Virus record (IMG/VR): IMGVR_UViG_3300025108_000001
Location: 35,251-99,250 of that record
Strand: one strand, 5' to 3'
Source: a virus
DNA: 64,000 bases
Shown here piece after piece: positions 46,857 through 56,677 of this stretch. Made by a program: the position numbers and the translations under genes. Positions within the stretch are counted from its first letter, which is position 1; every line of letters begins with the position of its first letter. The notes under the pieces were generated by a model. The model was not told where the DNA came from and did not search any database. It saw nothing but the letters and a program-made list of their open reading frames with translations.

Positions 46857-47779
46857 AAGTAGTTTACGGACACACGGATTCAATTTATGTTCAATGTGAT
46901 GATATAGAAAAAGCAAAGAACGTTTGTAGTGAAATTAACGATTATGTTAGGGAATCCTTTCCTAATCTATTAGGTCTAGATGAACACCCTGTCACTTTAG
47001 AGTTTGAAAAGTATTACAAATCTCTTGGAGTTGGTGCAACAAAGAATAGAAATGCAGGGTTAATAACTTGGAAGGATGGAGAGTATCTTGAAGAAGATGA
47101 GTTTGTTCTTACAGGTTTTTCTGCTAAAAGAGTTGCACAAACAAAACTAGCAAAGGAAACACAAATGAAAGTGTTGCGAATGTGGGTTGATGGTGTTGAA
47201 GAAGAAGAAGTTTCTAATTACTTACACGGGTTATTTAACACTGTTATTTCCGGCGATATAGAACTATCAATGCTTACTAACAGAACTAGATTTCGTGAAG
47301 AGAGATTTAAGGTAAAATGTATGGGAGAATGTAAAAAAATGAAATGGGGAAAGGTTTTCTCACTATCAGAAATCATTGAGAATATTACAAAACACCGCAG
47401 AAGTTTTTCTAGTGATAAATGGAAATGTTGTAATAAACCTAATCTTAGAACATTACAAGATAAGAGACCTACAATTGGTTCAGGTATAGAAGGAGTATTG
47501 TTTTACAATTCCTTTAATGAAGTGCAAATAGATGACTCCTACCTTTACATTAAGATTAAGGGTAACAACACAACTTACATTCATCCTCTAACTCAAGAAG
47601 ATACTATCCCTTCTTGGGTTTCAGTTAAGCATGAATCAGAACTATCTAACTTTACTCCTGACTATTTGCATTATGCTTATCAAGTAGTTAGTAAGGCAGA
47701 ACCCATCTACAATGCAATGGGTTGGAATATAGATAATATTACTAAAAGTAGAAATCAAGATTTGGGGGATTGGTTTTGA
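46853..47779 (+). CDS. polB: Family B DNA polymerase, C-terminal part (motif C and thumb)
   Basis: VVYGHTDSIYV, LEFEK, KNRNAG; PIP-like end NQDLGDWF. Confidence 0.9.
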   Translation: MKVVYGHTDSIYVQCDDIEKAKNVCSEINDYVRESFPNLLGLDEHPVTLEFEKYYKSLGVGATKNRNAGLITWKDGEYLEEDEFVLTGFSAKRVAQTKLAKETQMKVLRMWVDGVEEEEVSNYLHGLFNTVISGDIELSMLTNRTRFREERFKVKCMGECKKMKWGKVFSLSEIIENITKHRRSFSSDKWKCCNKPNLRTLQDKRPTIGSGIEGVLFYNSFNEVQIDDSYLYIKIKGNNTTYIHPLTQEDTIPSWVSVKHESELSNFTPDYLHYAYQVVSKAEPIYNAMGWNIDNITKSRNQDLGDWF

Positions 47780-48180
47780 GATTGTCTTGGTCTATGAAAA
47801 GAAGAATAGAAAGATGGAAAATTAGACACGCTAAAATAAACGAATGGGTTGTATTTTACAAAGAAGAAATAGTAAAAGATTATAATAGAATGAAAAGTTT
47901 TTTACAGAAATTAAATAAAAAGAAGGTTAAAAAAATGAAAATAGATAACAAGAAAAAACAAACTATATTTTTCGATTCTAAAGAATATATAGGATTAACA
48001 ATGCAAAAAGGTAATATTACACTTATAGAAAAACCTCCTTTAAGTGTTATTTCTTTTAAAGAGGAAAAAACAATAACACCCACTTGGTCTCCACATGACA
48101 AAAATTGTGATTGTGAAGATTGTTTAGAAACGTTATTAAACACGTTAAAGTTTAAATTTGATACGGAGAATGATGAATGA
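47770..48180 (+). CDS. Hypothetical protein
   Basis: ORF track; H..NCDCEDC. Confidence 0.5.
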   Translation: MVLRLSWSMKRRIERWKIRHAKINEWVVFYKEEIVKDYNRMKSFLQKLNKKKVKKMKIDNKKKQTIFFDSKEYIGLTMQKGNITLIEKPPLSVISFKEEKTITPTWSPHDKNCDCEDCLETLLNTLKFKFDTENDE

Positions 48181-49076
48181 TGAAAATACAAAGTAAAGAA
48201 GGATTTGATAGAGATTTTACCTATCAATGGAATGCTGAATGGAAAGAAGAAGATACTGATAAGCCTATATTGAAGATAACGAAATCTTCTGTGGGGCAAT
48301 TTGATTGGTGTGCTAAGAAATATGAGTTTGGATATATAGACAGAAAACCACAAGATACTTCGGAAGCAATGCATAATGGAACATTAGTCCACAATGCATT
48401 AGAGGAATTTTACAATGTTTTTGATATTAAGAAAGCAGAAACTATGGATACTAAAGAAGTAACAGAATATATGTTTAGTCTATTTCCTATTGATAATATG
48501 TCTGAAATGTATGAAACATTATCTATTAATGAAGCACAACGTTTTATGGTTGCTAAAGAAGATAAAACCTTAGAAGAGTTTCTTCCTGTAATTAATGAAG
48601 TTACATTGGATGCTCAGATTACCATTAACAGGGCAAACTACCCTAAGTTCCCATTGAAGAGAGATTATGTTATACATTTACAAGGGATAATAGATAGAAT
48701 GTTTGTTGATAAGAACGGTTATATTCCTATGGAGTTAAAGACAGGAGCATGGAAAGAGTATAAGAAAACTATGATGAGAAAAGAAATGGCTTATTATAAA
48801 TTATTATTTGATAATTGCCCCATTGAACAGTTAGAAGCAATCGGTCTTAACCGTGATAAATCAATAACACATTGGGGTTGGAGATATCCGGCTTCAAATC
48901 ATATCTATGTAGAAGAACAGAAGAAAAGTAGCCACAAAGCAGTTATGCGTAGTATAGTAAAATTATTGAAGGCTTATGAAGATAATTCATTTCCAACAAA
49001 ATACAATGCTAGAACGTGTTCCTATTGTAGTTACTTGGATATTTGTGACGGCGGAGCAGACGAGGGGTGGTTGTAA
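48177..49076 (+). CDS. Cas4-like / PD-(D/E)XK nuclease with Fe-S cysteines
   Basis: DWC, G...H..LE, GIIDR...ELKTG, CSYCSYLDIC. Confidence 0.82.
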   Translation: MMKIQSKEGFDRDFTYQWNAEWKEEDTDKPILKITKSSVGQFDWCAKKYEFGYIDRKPQDTSEAMHNGTLVHNALEEFYNVFDIKKAETMDTKEVTEYMFSLFPIDNMSEMYETLSINEAQRFMVAKEDKTLEEFLPVINEVTLDAQITINRANYPKFPLKRDYVIHLQGIIDRMFVDKNGYIPMELKTGAWKEYKKTMMRKEMAYYKLLFDNCPIEQLEAIGLNRDKSITHWGWRYPASNHIYVEEQKKSSHKAVMRSIVKLLKAYEDNSFPTKYNARTCSYCSYLDICDGGADEGWL

Positions 49077-49309
49077 TCACAGAAGAAGTTATTATTTGGA
49101 CGGCTACTTGGTGTGCGCCCTGTAAAGGACTTAAGACTTGGACTGATATACACTATCCGTTTGTAGTTTACAAAGATATAGAAAAAGACGTAGCCCCATT
49201 CGAGATTAAATCAGTTCCGACAATGCAAATAGGACAAGTCTTTATTCCGAATATTTCTACAATAAAACAACACTTATCTAAGAGAGGAAATGATTTAAAT
49301 GGAAATTAA
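49067..49309 (+). CDS. Thioredoxin/glutaredoxin-like protein
   Basis: ATWCAPCK, IKSVPT. Confidence 0.78.
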   Translation: MVVITEEVIIWTATWCAPCKGLKTWTDIHYPFVVYKDIEKDVAPFEIKSVPTMQIGQVFIPNISTIKQHLSKRGNDLNGN

Positions 49310-49571
49310 ATGGATTTATCATAATGGTATTAGGATTCTAGCATTAGTAGTTAATGATAAAGACCCCTACACACGTTGCGAAAATTGTGGAAACAGAAAT
49401 TACAACCATCCTAGATTAGCACCTAAAGAAGATGAGAGTTGGTGTGGAGATTGTAATGACGAACATCATAAACAAAATATGAATGATATAGAAATAGGAT
49501 TGTGGACTATGTATCAATTGGAAAGAAACAGGGCAGTAGTAGTTGTAAGAGAGTTGGATGTAAATGAGTAA
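49299..49571 (+). CDS. Zn-finger protein
   Basis: CENC...CGDC. Confidence 0.55.
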   Translation: MEIKWIYHNGIRILALVVNDKDPYTRCENCGNRNYNHPRLAPKEDESWCGDCNDEHHKQNMNDIEIGLWTMYQLERNRAVVVVRELDVNE

Positions 49572-49749
49572 GATAGAAGATATAGTAATTAAAAAAATAG
49601 AAGCAAGAGCAGAAATTGGTGAACGTAAGTATAATACAACAATGGAAAGAGTTGACTTGACCAAAAAAGCATGGTTAATCCATGCACAGGAAGAGGCTTT
49701 AGATTTAGCAATTTATTTGCAGAAGTTGATAATGTTGGAGGAAGAGTAG
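49564..49749 (+). CDS. Small MazG-like / nucleotide pyrophosphatase-like phage protein
   Basis: R...G..KY..T..R.DL....W..HAQEE..D...YL. Confidence 0.55.
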   Translation: MSKIEDIVIKKIEARAEIGERKYNTTMERVDLTKKAWLIHAQEEALDLAIYLQKLIMLEEE

Positions 49750-49879
49750 ATGAAACGTAATTGGACTATCAAACTCTTATTCTTCATTGGTAAAGTTTCT
49801 ACTATGATTAAGAGGTGGAGAAAATGAAGTGGAAAGAATACTTTAGAAGAAAGAAAGAATACAAAGAGAGGAATAAAAA

Positions 49880-50254
49880 ATGAAAGATAAAGTAGAAAAA
49901 ATATTAAATTCTAGAGAATGGACGTTTGCAGATTTAACTAACATGAGTCAATTGGTAAAGAATTTTTCAGAAGAGATATATACACAACTAGATTCTAAAG
50001 AAAAATTATCTATTGTATGGGAAAAAGACATATCTAACATACAGTCGTTTGGAAGTTTCTTTCAAACTCTAGTAACAGAAGAAATACAATTACAAGTAGC
50101 AAGTATTTTGCAAGAACAACTAATAAATGCAAATGTAAACTTTAGTAATAATAAAAATAAGGAGAGTGAAAACGATGATGTTTCCGAGAGAAGTGTGGGC
50201 GGGAAGCCACTTAAAGAACGCACCTCAGATGAAAAGAAAGATAGTGAAGAATAA
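49880..50254 (+). CDS. Hypothetical protein
   Basis: ORF track. Confidence 0.55.
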   Translation: MKDKVEKILNSREWTFADLTNMSQLVKNFSEEIYTQLDSKEKLSIVWEKDISNIQSFGSFFQTLVTEEIQLQVASILQEQLINANVNFSNNKNKESENDDVSERSVGGKPLKERTSDEKKDSEE

Positions 50255-51176
50255 GAAAGAGTTTATTGATTGGGTTAATATTTACAATGGAAGAATGAAT
50301 TGTTATACAACAGTTTATGATTTTGAAGTTGTGAATGATAATACTAAAATAGATTCTTCAGTTGTTCTTGACAGAATGTTTCTTGATTTTGATGCACATG
50401 ATGAGCCTTTAGAAAATGCACATAGAGATTTTATGAGCGTTGGAAAGAAACTATCATCATTGAATATAATGTTCAATGCTTATTTTAGTGGGAAAGGTTT
50501 TCATATAATTGCACATGGAGAGCGAGTTAATGATATTAGATGCATTCAACAGTATTATACCGAATTGGCTAAAGACCATCCTACACTTGATAGAACAGGT
50601 ATTCAAACTAATAGGTTAAGGAGAGTTCCCAATACTTTGAATCTAAGTAGTGGTAAAGAAAACAATCATTACTTTTGTACGCCACTAGACTTTGTTTCCT
50701 TAGAAGGAGTCTCTATGTATGATATATTAGTTATGGCTAAACATAGAAACCCCATGATAACTACGGGAACAGAAAGAATTGTATTTCCTACGGTGAAACC
50801 GATTCACTTAGCAGATATTGAAATAGAGATACCAAAACCTATCGGTACATTACCAATTATACCCTGCTTACATAATGCAATTATGGTAGAGAATCCTAGT
50901 CATTATGCTAGAGTTTACTTGGTTCAATGGTATAGAGACCTACTTACATTAGGAGAAAGAAAAGTTTCTTTGGAACAACAAAAGGAAGTAACAGAATTGA
51001 TTATGACAGAGTTGGCATCAATAGCAGGTCATCCCGAAGTTTGGTTAGATTGGGATTACAATAAGACTAAGAAATATGTTAGTGGAATTGTTTCTAAGGG
51101 TTATCACGCAGCAGGTTGTGAGACTCTAATTACACAAGGATATTGTGTAGGAAAATGTTGGAGGTATCACGAATGA
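50166..51176 (+). CDS. Archaeo-eukaryotic primase, fused PriS-PriL
   Basis: FLDFD, FSGKGFH, RLRRVPNT; Fe-S domain PC...H.AR...C......C...C. Confidence 0.85.
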   Translation: MKTMMFPREVWAGSHLKNAPQMKRKIVKNKKEFIDWVNIYNGRMNCYTTVYDFEVVNDNTKIDSSVVLDRMFLDFDAHDEPLENAHRDFMSVGKKLSSLNIMFNAYFSGKGFHIIAHGERVNDIRCIQQYYTELAKDHPTLDRTGIQTNRLRRVPNTLNLSSGKENNHYFCTPLDFVSLEGVSMYDILVMAKHRNPMITTGTERIVFPTVKPIHLADIEIEIPKPIGTLPIIPCLHNAIMVENPSHYARVYLVQWYRDLLTLGERKVSLEQQKEVTELIMTELASIAGHPEVWLDWDYNKTKKYVSGIVSKGYHAAGCETLITQGYCVGKCWRYHE

Positions 51177-51871
51177 AATTATTAATAGATAGTAGAGAAA
51201 ACTCGGAACTAACAGAGAGAGTAATAGAAAAAGTCCAAAGTCTAAACGTACCATTTGAAAAACAATGGTTAGAAATTGGCGACTATGTTTTCAATGACGT
51301 TTGTTTCGAGGCCAAATCCTCTTTTGATTTTATTCAATCTATTGTAAATAAAAGATTGTGGAATCAATTAGATAATATGGATAGAGCATATGTAAATAAT
51401 TTAGTTATTGTTTACGGTTCATTTGAAGATGGTTTTCGTAAACATTTAGAACACATAAAAACTAGCATGAATAAAACAGCACAAAGAGTTATTCTCAGAA
51501 AGAAATTCTTTGGTTCAATGAGTAAGATAATATTAGATACTGATTGTAGTATTATTTGGGTTAGAGATGCATTAACAGCCGCAGAATTAATCGCAGTTGT
51601 TTGTAAAATGCAACCACATGATAGGGAAGTATATGTTCCTAGAATTGTGAAACAAAAGAAAATTAGCACTACTGATTTAAGAGTGGATGTATTATCTACA
51701 ATTAAAGGGGTTAGTGATAAAAAGGCTAAACTTTTGATAAAGAAGTTTGGCTCTATAATGGAAATAGGAGAGTCATCTTCTTTAGAATTATGTAAGATAG
51801 ACGGTATTGGTAGTGTATTAGCAACCCGTATTATTGATACTTTAAATTCAGAAGACAAAATACAAATATAG
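51173..51871 (+). CDS. XPF/ERCC4 (Hef-like) nuclease with HhH motifs
   Basis: IDSRE, LEIGDY, FEAKS, IKGVS..KA and IDGIG HhH motifs. Confidence 0.87.
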   Translation: MKLLIDSRENSELTERVIEKVQSLNVPFEKQWLEIGDYVFNDVCFEAKSSFDFIQSIVNKRLWNQLDNMDRAYVNNLVIVYGSFEDGFRKHLEHIKTSMNKTAQRVILRKKFFGSMSKIILDTDCSIIWVRDALTAAELIAVVCKMQPHDREVYVPRIVKQKKISTTDLRVDVLSTIKGVSDKKAKLLIKKFGSIMEIGESSSLELCKIDGIGSVLATRIIDTLNSEDKIQI

Positions 51872-51883
51872 GAGAAAAGAAAA

Positions 51884-53458
51884 ATGAAAAATATTGATAA
51901 TAATTTTAATGAAGATGAATTACTAGAAGAAGCAATGAGGAATCAGTTTAATGAAACAATAAATACCACATTAAGACTACCAAAAATAGTTGAAGAATAT
52001 GCAGACAGCGCAATAGAAGTCTCTAGAAATAATAGAGTTCCCGCAATATTGTCAGCCTATTCTTTACTAGGGCAGATATGTAAAGAAATGGTTTATGTTC
52101 CTAAAGGAAGAGGAACGGAAGACATTAGAGTTCATATTATTTGGCTACAAACAAGTGGTTCAGGTAAAAGTGAAATGTATAACTTTACAGGAAGAATAGC
52201 AGATTATGTATTTAGTATTCTTAATAATAGGTATAGAGATAATATTGAAGCAGAAACAGCAGGTGAAAGACATAATAGATTTTCCATCCACGCAGTTAAG
52301 TCCACAACAGACGCGGCTCTTATCGGTAAAATGAAAATGGAAGATGTAACTATTACTGATGATGAAGGCAACACAACTTACGAACAAATACCCAAACAAC
52401 TGTTTGGTGGTTTAGAAGGAGACGGTCTTTGTGTTTATGACGAGTTTGAATACTCCGGTGTTTTCAAACCTACACAACATAAACAAGAAGTTGTTATGTA
52501 TTTGAATACTTTAATGAATACTCTAGCAGGTCAAAATTATAGAATAACAAAACAATTAGCAGAGGGTGGAGAAATGTATTGTGATAGTAGGCGTTCCATT
52601 TACGCTACCTCCTATATTCCTAAAACACTAACTAGTGTTATAGCAGAAACAGGATTATTGCAACGTTGTTTAATTTATATTAGAGAAGTTCCTATAAGTG
52701 AACAAAACGCGGTAAGAGAAACCTTGAGTAATGACTATGGTAAGATTATAGATACTCAAACACCAATAAATAAGTTTGGTGATGCCTTTGTTGAAATCTA
52801 TGAATGCCTAAAAGAAAAATATGATTCTGTACCATTAGAAGTAAATGATGGTATGTCGGAAGAACAGATTAGAGAAGCAGAAGTAATCAGAAGAAAGAAA
52901 GTAATTACTTTTTCTAAAGGTGTAAACGATACGATAACAAATGAAACAATTAAATTTCAAAACTTCGTTCACGATAGCAGACCTGCTGTAATTGAGATAG
53001 CGAATAATTTCATTACTAGAATGCAAGTAAGTATGGTTAGACTAGCAGTTCTTTCTTGTATAGCAGAAGCACCTAAATTACCAAAGAAGGATAGGTTTAA
53101 ATTAACTAGTAAACACGTTTTGCAAGCATCTCATGTAACCCAACAATGTTATAAATCTCTTGTATTGTGGTTAGATTCAGCCCTAAGAGCCGAAAGACTA
53201 TCCTCTGCCAAGAAACAAAAGTTAGATGTATTTACAAAAGAATATAAAAAGTTAGTAGAAAATGGAAAATCGGTAAACATAGAAGGACAGACAGGAGAGT
53301 GGATAAACAAATCTGTGCTATTAGAAACAGTAAGATTAGTAACAAACGCATCACCTGCAACAGTATATAGAAACTACAAATCTAATAAGGAGTATTTTGA
53401 CGAAATAAGACACAACAAAACTAGATTTGTAAATATAAAAAGGAGAGGAATAAAATGA
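51884..53458 (+). CDS. MCM-like AAA+ replicative helicase (divergent)
   Basis: TSGSGKS Walker A, STTDAALIG, VYDEF Walker B, LLQR arginine finger. Confidence 0.65.
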   Translation: MKNIDNNFNEDELLEEAMRNQFNETINTTLRLPKIVEEYADSAIEVSRNNRVPAILSAYSLLGQICKEMVYVPKGRGTEDIRVHIIWLQTSGSGKSEMYNFTGRIADYVFSILNNRYRDNIEAETAGERHNRFSIHAVKSTTDAALIGKMKMEDVTITDDEGNTTYEQIPKQLFGGLEGDGLCVYDEFEYSGVFKPTQHKQEVVMYLNTLMNTLAGQNYRITKQLAEGGEMYCDSRRSIYATSYIPKTLTSVIAETGLLQRCLIYIREVPISEQNAVRETLSNDYGKIIDTQTPINKFGDAFVEIYECLKEKYDSVPLEVNDGMSEEQIREAEVIRRKKVITFSKGVNDTITNETIKFQNFVHDSRPAVIEIANNFITRMQVSMVRLAVLSCIAEAPKLPKKDRFKLTSKHVLQASHVTQQCYKSLVLWLDSALRAERLSSAKKQKLDVFTKEYKKLVENGKSVNIEGQTGEWINKSVLLETVRLVTNASPATVYRNYKSNKEYFDEIRHNKTRFVNIKRRGIK

Positions 53459-53697
53459 ATAAAACATACGAACATACATTTCAAATGTATAATGTAAAAG
53501 ATGGCCCGAAAGTAATGATTGAAGCACTAAACACGTTAGGACAACAAGGTTGGTCTTTAAGCACAGTAATGAATATAGGAACTGATAGATTAATCGCTTT
53601 CTTAGTAAGAGATACAACTAAAGAAGCACCTAATCCACAAAAAGCAGACCAAGATAAAATTACTGCTTTGTGGTCTGCAACAGGTGATGAGGAATGA
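53455..53697 (+). CDS. DUF4177-like small protein
   Basis: YEH...LNTLGQQGWSLSTV. Confidence 0.55.
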   Translation: MNKTYEHTFQMYNVKDGPKVMIEALNTLGQQGWSLSTVMNIGTDRLIAFLVRDTTKEAPNPQKADQDKITALWSATGDEE

Positions 53698-53766
53698 AGA
53701 TTAAAAAACTATTGAAATTGTTTGGATTTAGTACCGTAGACTACGATTTAAGTGAGGAATGCTTGC

Positions 53767-54375
53767 ATGACGATTGCTAAGAACGTTTTAGCAATTGACT
53801 TAGAAACTAAAAATATGTCTCACGAAATTGGTGGTTGGGGTAATACCCATATGTTTCAAGTATCAACAGTTTGCACTTGGGACGGAGACATAGGCACTAT
53901 TTATATTGACAAATCGGTGGACGATTTAAAAAAATCTAATGTAATTATCAAACCATTATCAGAATTAAAGTTTGATTTAGAAAAACATTTTGATAATGGT
54001 GGAAAATTACTAGGACATAATATACGAAACTTTGATTTGCCTGTATTAAAAAACGCAATGGATATTTTTTGTATTAAAAAATACTTAGATAATCCCGAAT
54101 CGTATATTGATACTAGTGCTATTCTTTCTAAAGAACACGGTGAAAGATATTCTCTTTCTAATTTAGTTCAACATACACTTGGTTCTGATAAACTAATGGA
54201 TAGTGCTGATGCACCAAAGATTTGGAAAACAGGAGGCTACTCTCAAGTTGCTGAATATTGTTTAAAAGATTGTGAGTTAGTTTTTGACCTTTGGAAACAC
54301 GGTGTTGAAAACGCAAGTGTTAAAGGCTTCTCCCTTGAAGAAGCAATTGAGAAAGATTTGGAGGTGATGTGGTAA
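53767..54375 (+). CDS. RNase H-fold 3'-5' exonuclease (DEDD family)
   Basis: IDLET, GHNIRNFDLPVL, EYCLKDCEL. Confidence 0.8.
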   Translation: MTIAKNVLAIDLETKNMSHEIGGWGNTHMFQVSTVCTWDGDIGTIYIDKSVDDLKKSNVIIKPLSELKFDLEKHFDNGGKLLGHNIRNFDLPVLKNAMDIFCIKKYLDNPESYIDTSAILSKEHGERYSLSNLVQHTLGSDKLMDSADAPKIWKTGGYSQVAEYCLKDCELVFDLWKHGVENASVKGFSLEEAIEKDLEVMW

Positions 54376-54536
54376 TGGCGTTAAGTGCAACTTCTATTGC
54401 TATTTGGATTGTTTTTATAATTATGATTTCATTGTTATTTTTCGCGGCTTTTGGCAATAGTAAATATTCAGAAGATACTATTGAAGAGTATATGTCGAAT
54501 TTAATAAGCGAGGAACAAAAACGTGGCTCTAGTTGA
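54375..54536 (+). CDS. Small single-TM membrane protein (absent from ORF track)
   Basis: MALSATSIAIWIVFIIMISLLFFAAFGNSKY...; GGAGGTGA SD. Confidence 0.6.
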   Translation: MALSATSIAIWIVFIIMISLLFFAAFGNSKYSEDTIEEYMSNLISEEQKRGSS

Positions 54537-54660
54537 GGTTTGTAACTTCTGCAAAGAAGAAACAATACCAAGACGGATTCGTGGGGTCTATGTTGGTAGT
54601 CTTGATGAAATCAAGATATGGCAATGTAGAAAATGTAAGGCTTTGTGGTCGAATAATTAA
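54523..54660 (+). CDS. 45-aa Zn-ribbon protein (absent from ORF track)
   Basis: VCNFC...WQCRKCKALW. Confidence 0.55.
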   Translation: MALVEVCNFCKEETIPRRIRGVYVGSLDEIKIWQCRKCKALWSNN

Positions 54661-54683
54661 TTTTATTCGGCCATGAGGTCGCC

Positions 54684-54702
54684 TTTTTTTTTTGGTTTTT
54701 TT
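54684..54702 (+). terminator. Oligo-T terminator-like tract ending the replication operon
   Basis: T10-GG-T7 directly after the last gene of the operon. Confidence 0.45.
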
Positions 54703-55226
54703 AGCCTATTTTTATATAGATACTATTCTTAGTTTTTTAACAATAGTATTTTTTGTGTAAAGCGATTATGAGAGTATATAAACTCAACAAAATCTAGTCT
54801 TTTACTCTCTTTTTATAGCAATGTAAATTAACTACTTGGTGTTAGAACTACACTAGAGTGAAGCGGATTTGTCAACAGTGGAAATTAATCAATCAATTAT
54901 AGAAGGCTTGACCCACTTAGATTTAGACTTCGCTATGTTTTTTGTAAATACTTTTTTTGTAATTGTATCATTACAAATAACTCACTTGTTTTATGTATTA
55001 TGGGAGGAGAAAAGATATGAAAGAAAGAACACATCACAATGGTAAATGTAAGTGGATGACCGATTTTATGGAGTCATTGAAAGATATAGAAGTTGAGTAA
55101 AATGAATGAAGATTATTGGGAAGCGCAAATAGAAGGTTTTGAAAATCAATTCAAGAAACCTATTTGGAGAGATTACTTAGAAACTCAACGTAAGTTATTA
55201 GACGAAGTATTTTCTTTAGGTTTAGA

Positions 55227-55532
55227 TTAACAATCTACGCCTTCTGTAAAACCATCTTTAGTTTTTAAATCTTCATAACACTGTTTAATTATGTTGTATT
55301 GAGTTTTAGTAGCAGATTTGTTCATCAAAAAATTACCATTAAAACCACCAACAGGAGATGCGTTGTCAGTATATGCTTCTGCGTTTGCGTATATTTTTCC
55401 ATTATATTCTATTGAAAATTTATTATCTCCTTCAACATCTATTTCTTTATCGCATCTAGTGGAAACTATTACACATATTGCATCCCTACATAATATTCCA
55501 AAGTTTGTATTGTAGTCAATTTCTAAAGCCAT
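55227..55532 (-). CDS. Small tail-associated protein
   Basis: Likely start MALEIDYNTNFG; C-terminal QCYEDLKT..GF...VDC is typical of small tail-fibre-adjacent proteins. Confidence 0.55.
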   Translation of the reverse strand: MALEIDYNTNFGILCRDAICVIVSTRCDKEIDVEGDNKFSIEYNGKIYANAEAYTDNASPVGGFNGNFLMNKSATKTQYNIIKQCYEDLKTKDGFTEGVDC

Positions 55533-55533
55533 T

Positions 55534-55646
55534 TTAATCCATCCATGTCGGTGCATCGGGATAGTGTTGTCCGAATCCCAAAGGTAATTCATCCCCCACT
55601 ATTGTAGCAAGCGTAGCAGGGAAATCTAATAATGCTTTCTTTAGGT
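55534..55646 (-). pseudogene. Start-less remnant of a tail-fibre chaperone C-terminus
   Basis: Reads KKALLDFPATLATIVGDELPLGFGQHYPDAPTWMD*, paralleling the C-terminus of the upstream gene. Confidence 0.45.
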
Positions 55647-55934
55647 TTAGATTAACCACTCAGGTAAAACCGGAAAATTATCTGCCGCTTCATTAGCCCC
55701 CGTAGATTCATCATCTACATCAAAGTAGTCTGTAATATCTCTCCACTCTTGTCTATATTCTAACAACTCTTGTTGTTGTTCAGTAGTATATAATGCAAAC
55801 CTATCTGTTAACATAAATTGGTCTGTAAAAGTTAAAAATGCTTCTCTCTCAAGATTAATCCCTCCCCATGTCCAATCTTCTCCTTCTATATTAGTAACAT
55901 TACCGTCACCGTCTTGAAATACTTGTTCTTTCAT
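55647..55934 (-). CDS. Tail fibre assembly chaperone-like protein
   Basis: ER..FL..TDQFML.D...YRQEWRDIT...FP..PEW. Confidence 0.65.
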   Translation of the reverse strand: MKEQVFQDGDGNVTNIEGEDWTWGGINLEREAFLTFTDQFMLTDRFALYTTEQQQELLEYRQEWRDITDYFDVDDESTGANEAADNFPVLPEWLI

Positions 55935-55939
55935 TTTAA

Positions 55940-56668
55940 TCACCCGAATGTATTTATCACCCTTACATTAACCCACGGAATAGCACCTATTTGGTCTGTA
56001 ATATCATTTAATACTGACGATTGGTTACTAGTGCTTGTGCTTGTTTGCGTAACCAATGTGTTAGCACTTTCACCGAAACTACCTATTTCTCTTAACACAC
56101 TACAAAAGACATCATTTGAACCATCCTCAAAATAATGTGGTAAAGTACCCGCAGGTTTACAGTATAAATTAGTAGTAGTACTATTAGACCAAACTAAACC
56201 TATGAAGTACCAAGTATTTGCATCCATTTCATAAGTCTGATTAGCATTACCTGCGGCATTCTTTAATTGTGCTAGTATTGGGCTTGTTGATGAGAAAGTT
56301 ATTGATGTCTGAGCCACCAAATTGTCGGGGTAAGGCGCACCACCAACAGCCGCTTTAGAATCATAAATTCCTATTTTCATAATTGCATTACTGTTTGCAG
56401 TTGATGCTCTCATTGAAATGTAATCTATTGTTCCTCCTTGATAAGACCACATTGGAATCATAGAAACATAATTCATAGCAGAACACGCATTGAATGTTTG
56501 AGTCCTTATACCCATCATTCTTGAAGGAACTCTATACTTTACTGTACCAAAAGCAGATATTCCATTCATAGATGCTCCATAATGGTCATTCTTACTTGCA
56601 CCTCCACCACCTGTTCCGTCATCTATCGTTCCATCACTCTTTGTTCTTCTAAAAGGTTGTCTTACCAT
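55940..56668 (-). CDS. Tail-fibre-associated beta-rich protein
   Basis: KIGIYDS...P..LVAQ...WYFIGLV; lies between fibre and chaperone. Confidence 0.55.
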   Translation of the reverse strand: MVRQPFRRTKSDGTIDDGTGGGGASKNDHYGASMNGISAFGTVKYRVPSRMMGIRTQTFNACSAMNYVSMIPMWSYQGGTIDYISMRASTANSNAIMKIGIYDSKAAVGGAPYPDNLVAQTSITFSSTSPILAQLKNAAGNANQTYEMDANTWYFIGLVWSNSTTTNLYCKPAGTLPHYFEDGSNDVFCSVLREIGSFGESANTLVTQTSTSTSNQSSVLNDITDQIGAIPWVNVRVINTFG

Positions 56669-56677
56669 TTAATCACC

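Noticed and set aside
46400-46900. Split intein or intron at the polB break
   Set aside because: The halves end ...FKAREL and begin MKVVYGHTDS with no intein terminal motifs, and the gap is fully occupied by an overlapping ORF.
48177-49076. Cas4-like gene as evidence of a CRISPR-Cas system
   Set aside because: No other cas genes or array are present; solo Cas4-like nucleases are common in archaeal virus replication modules.
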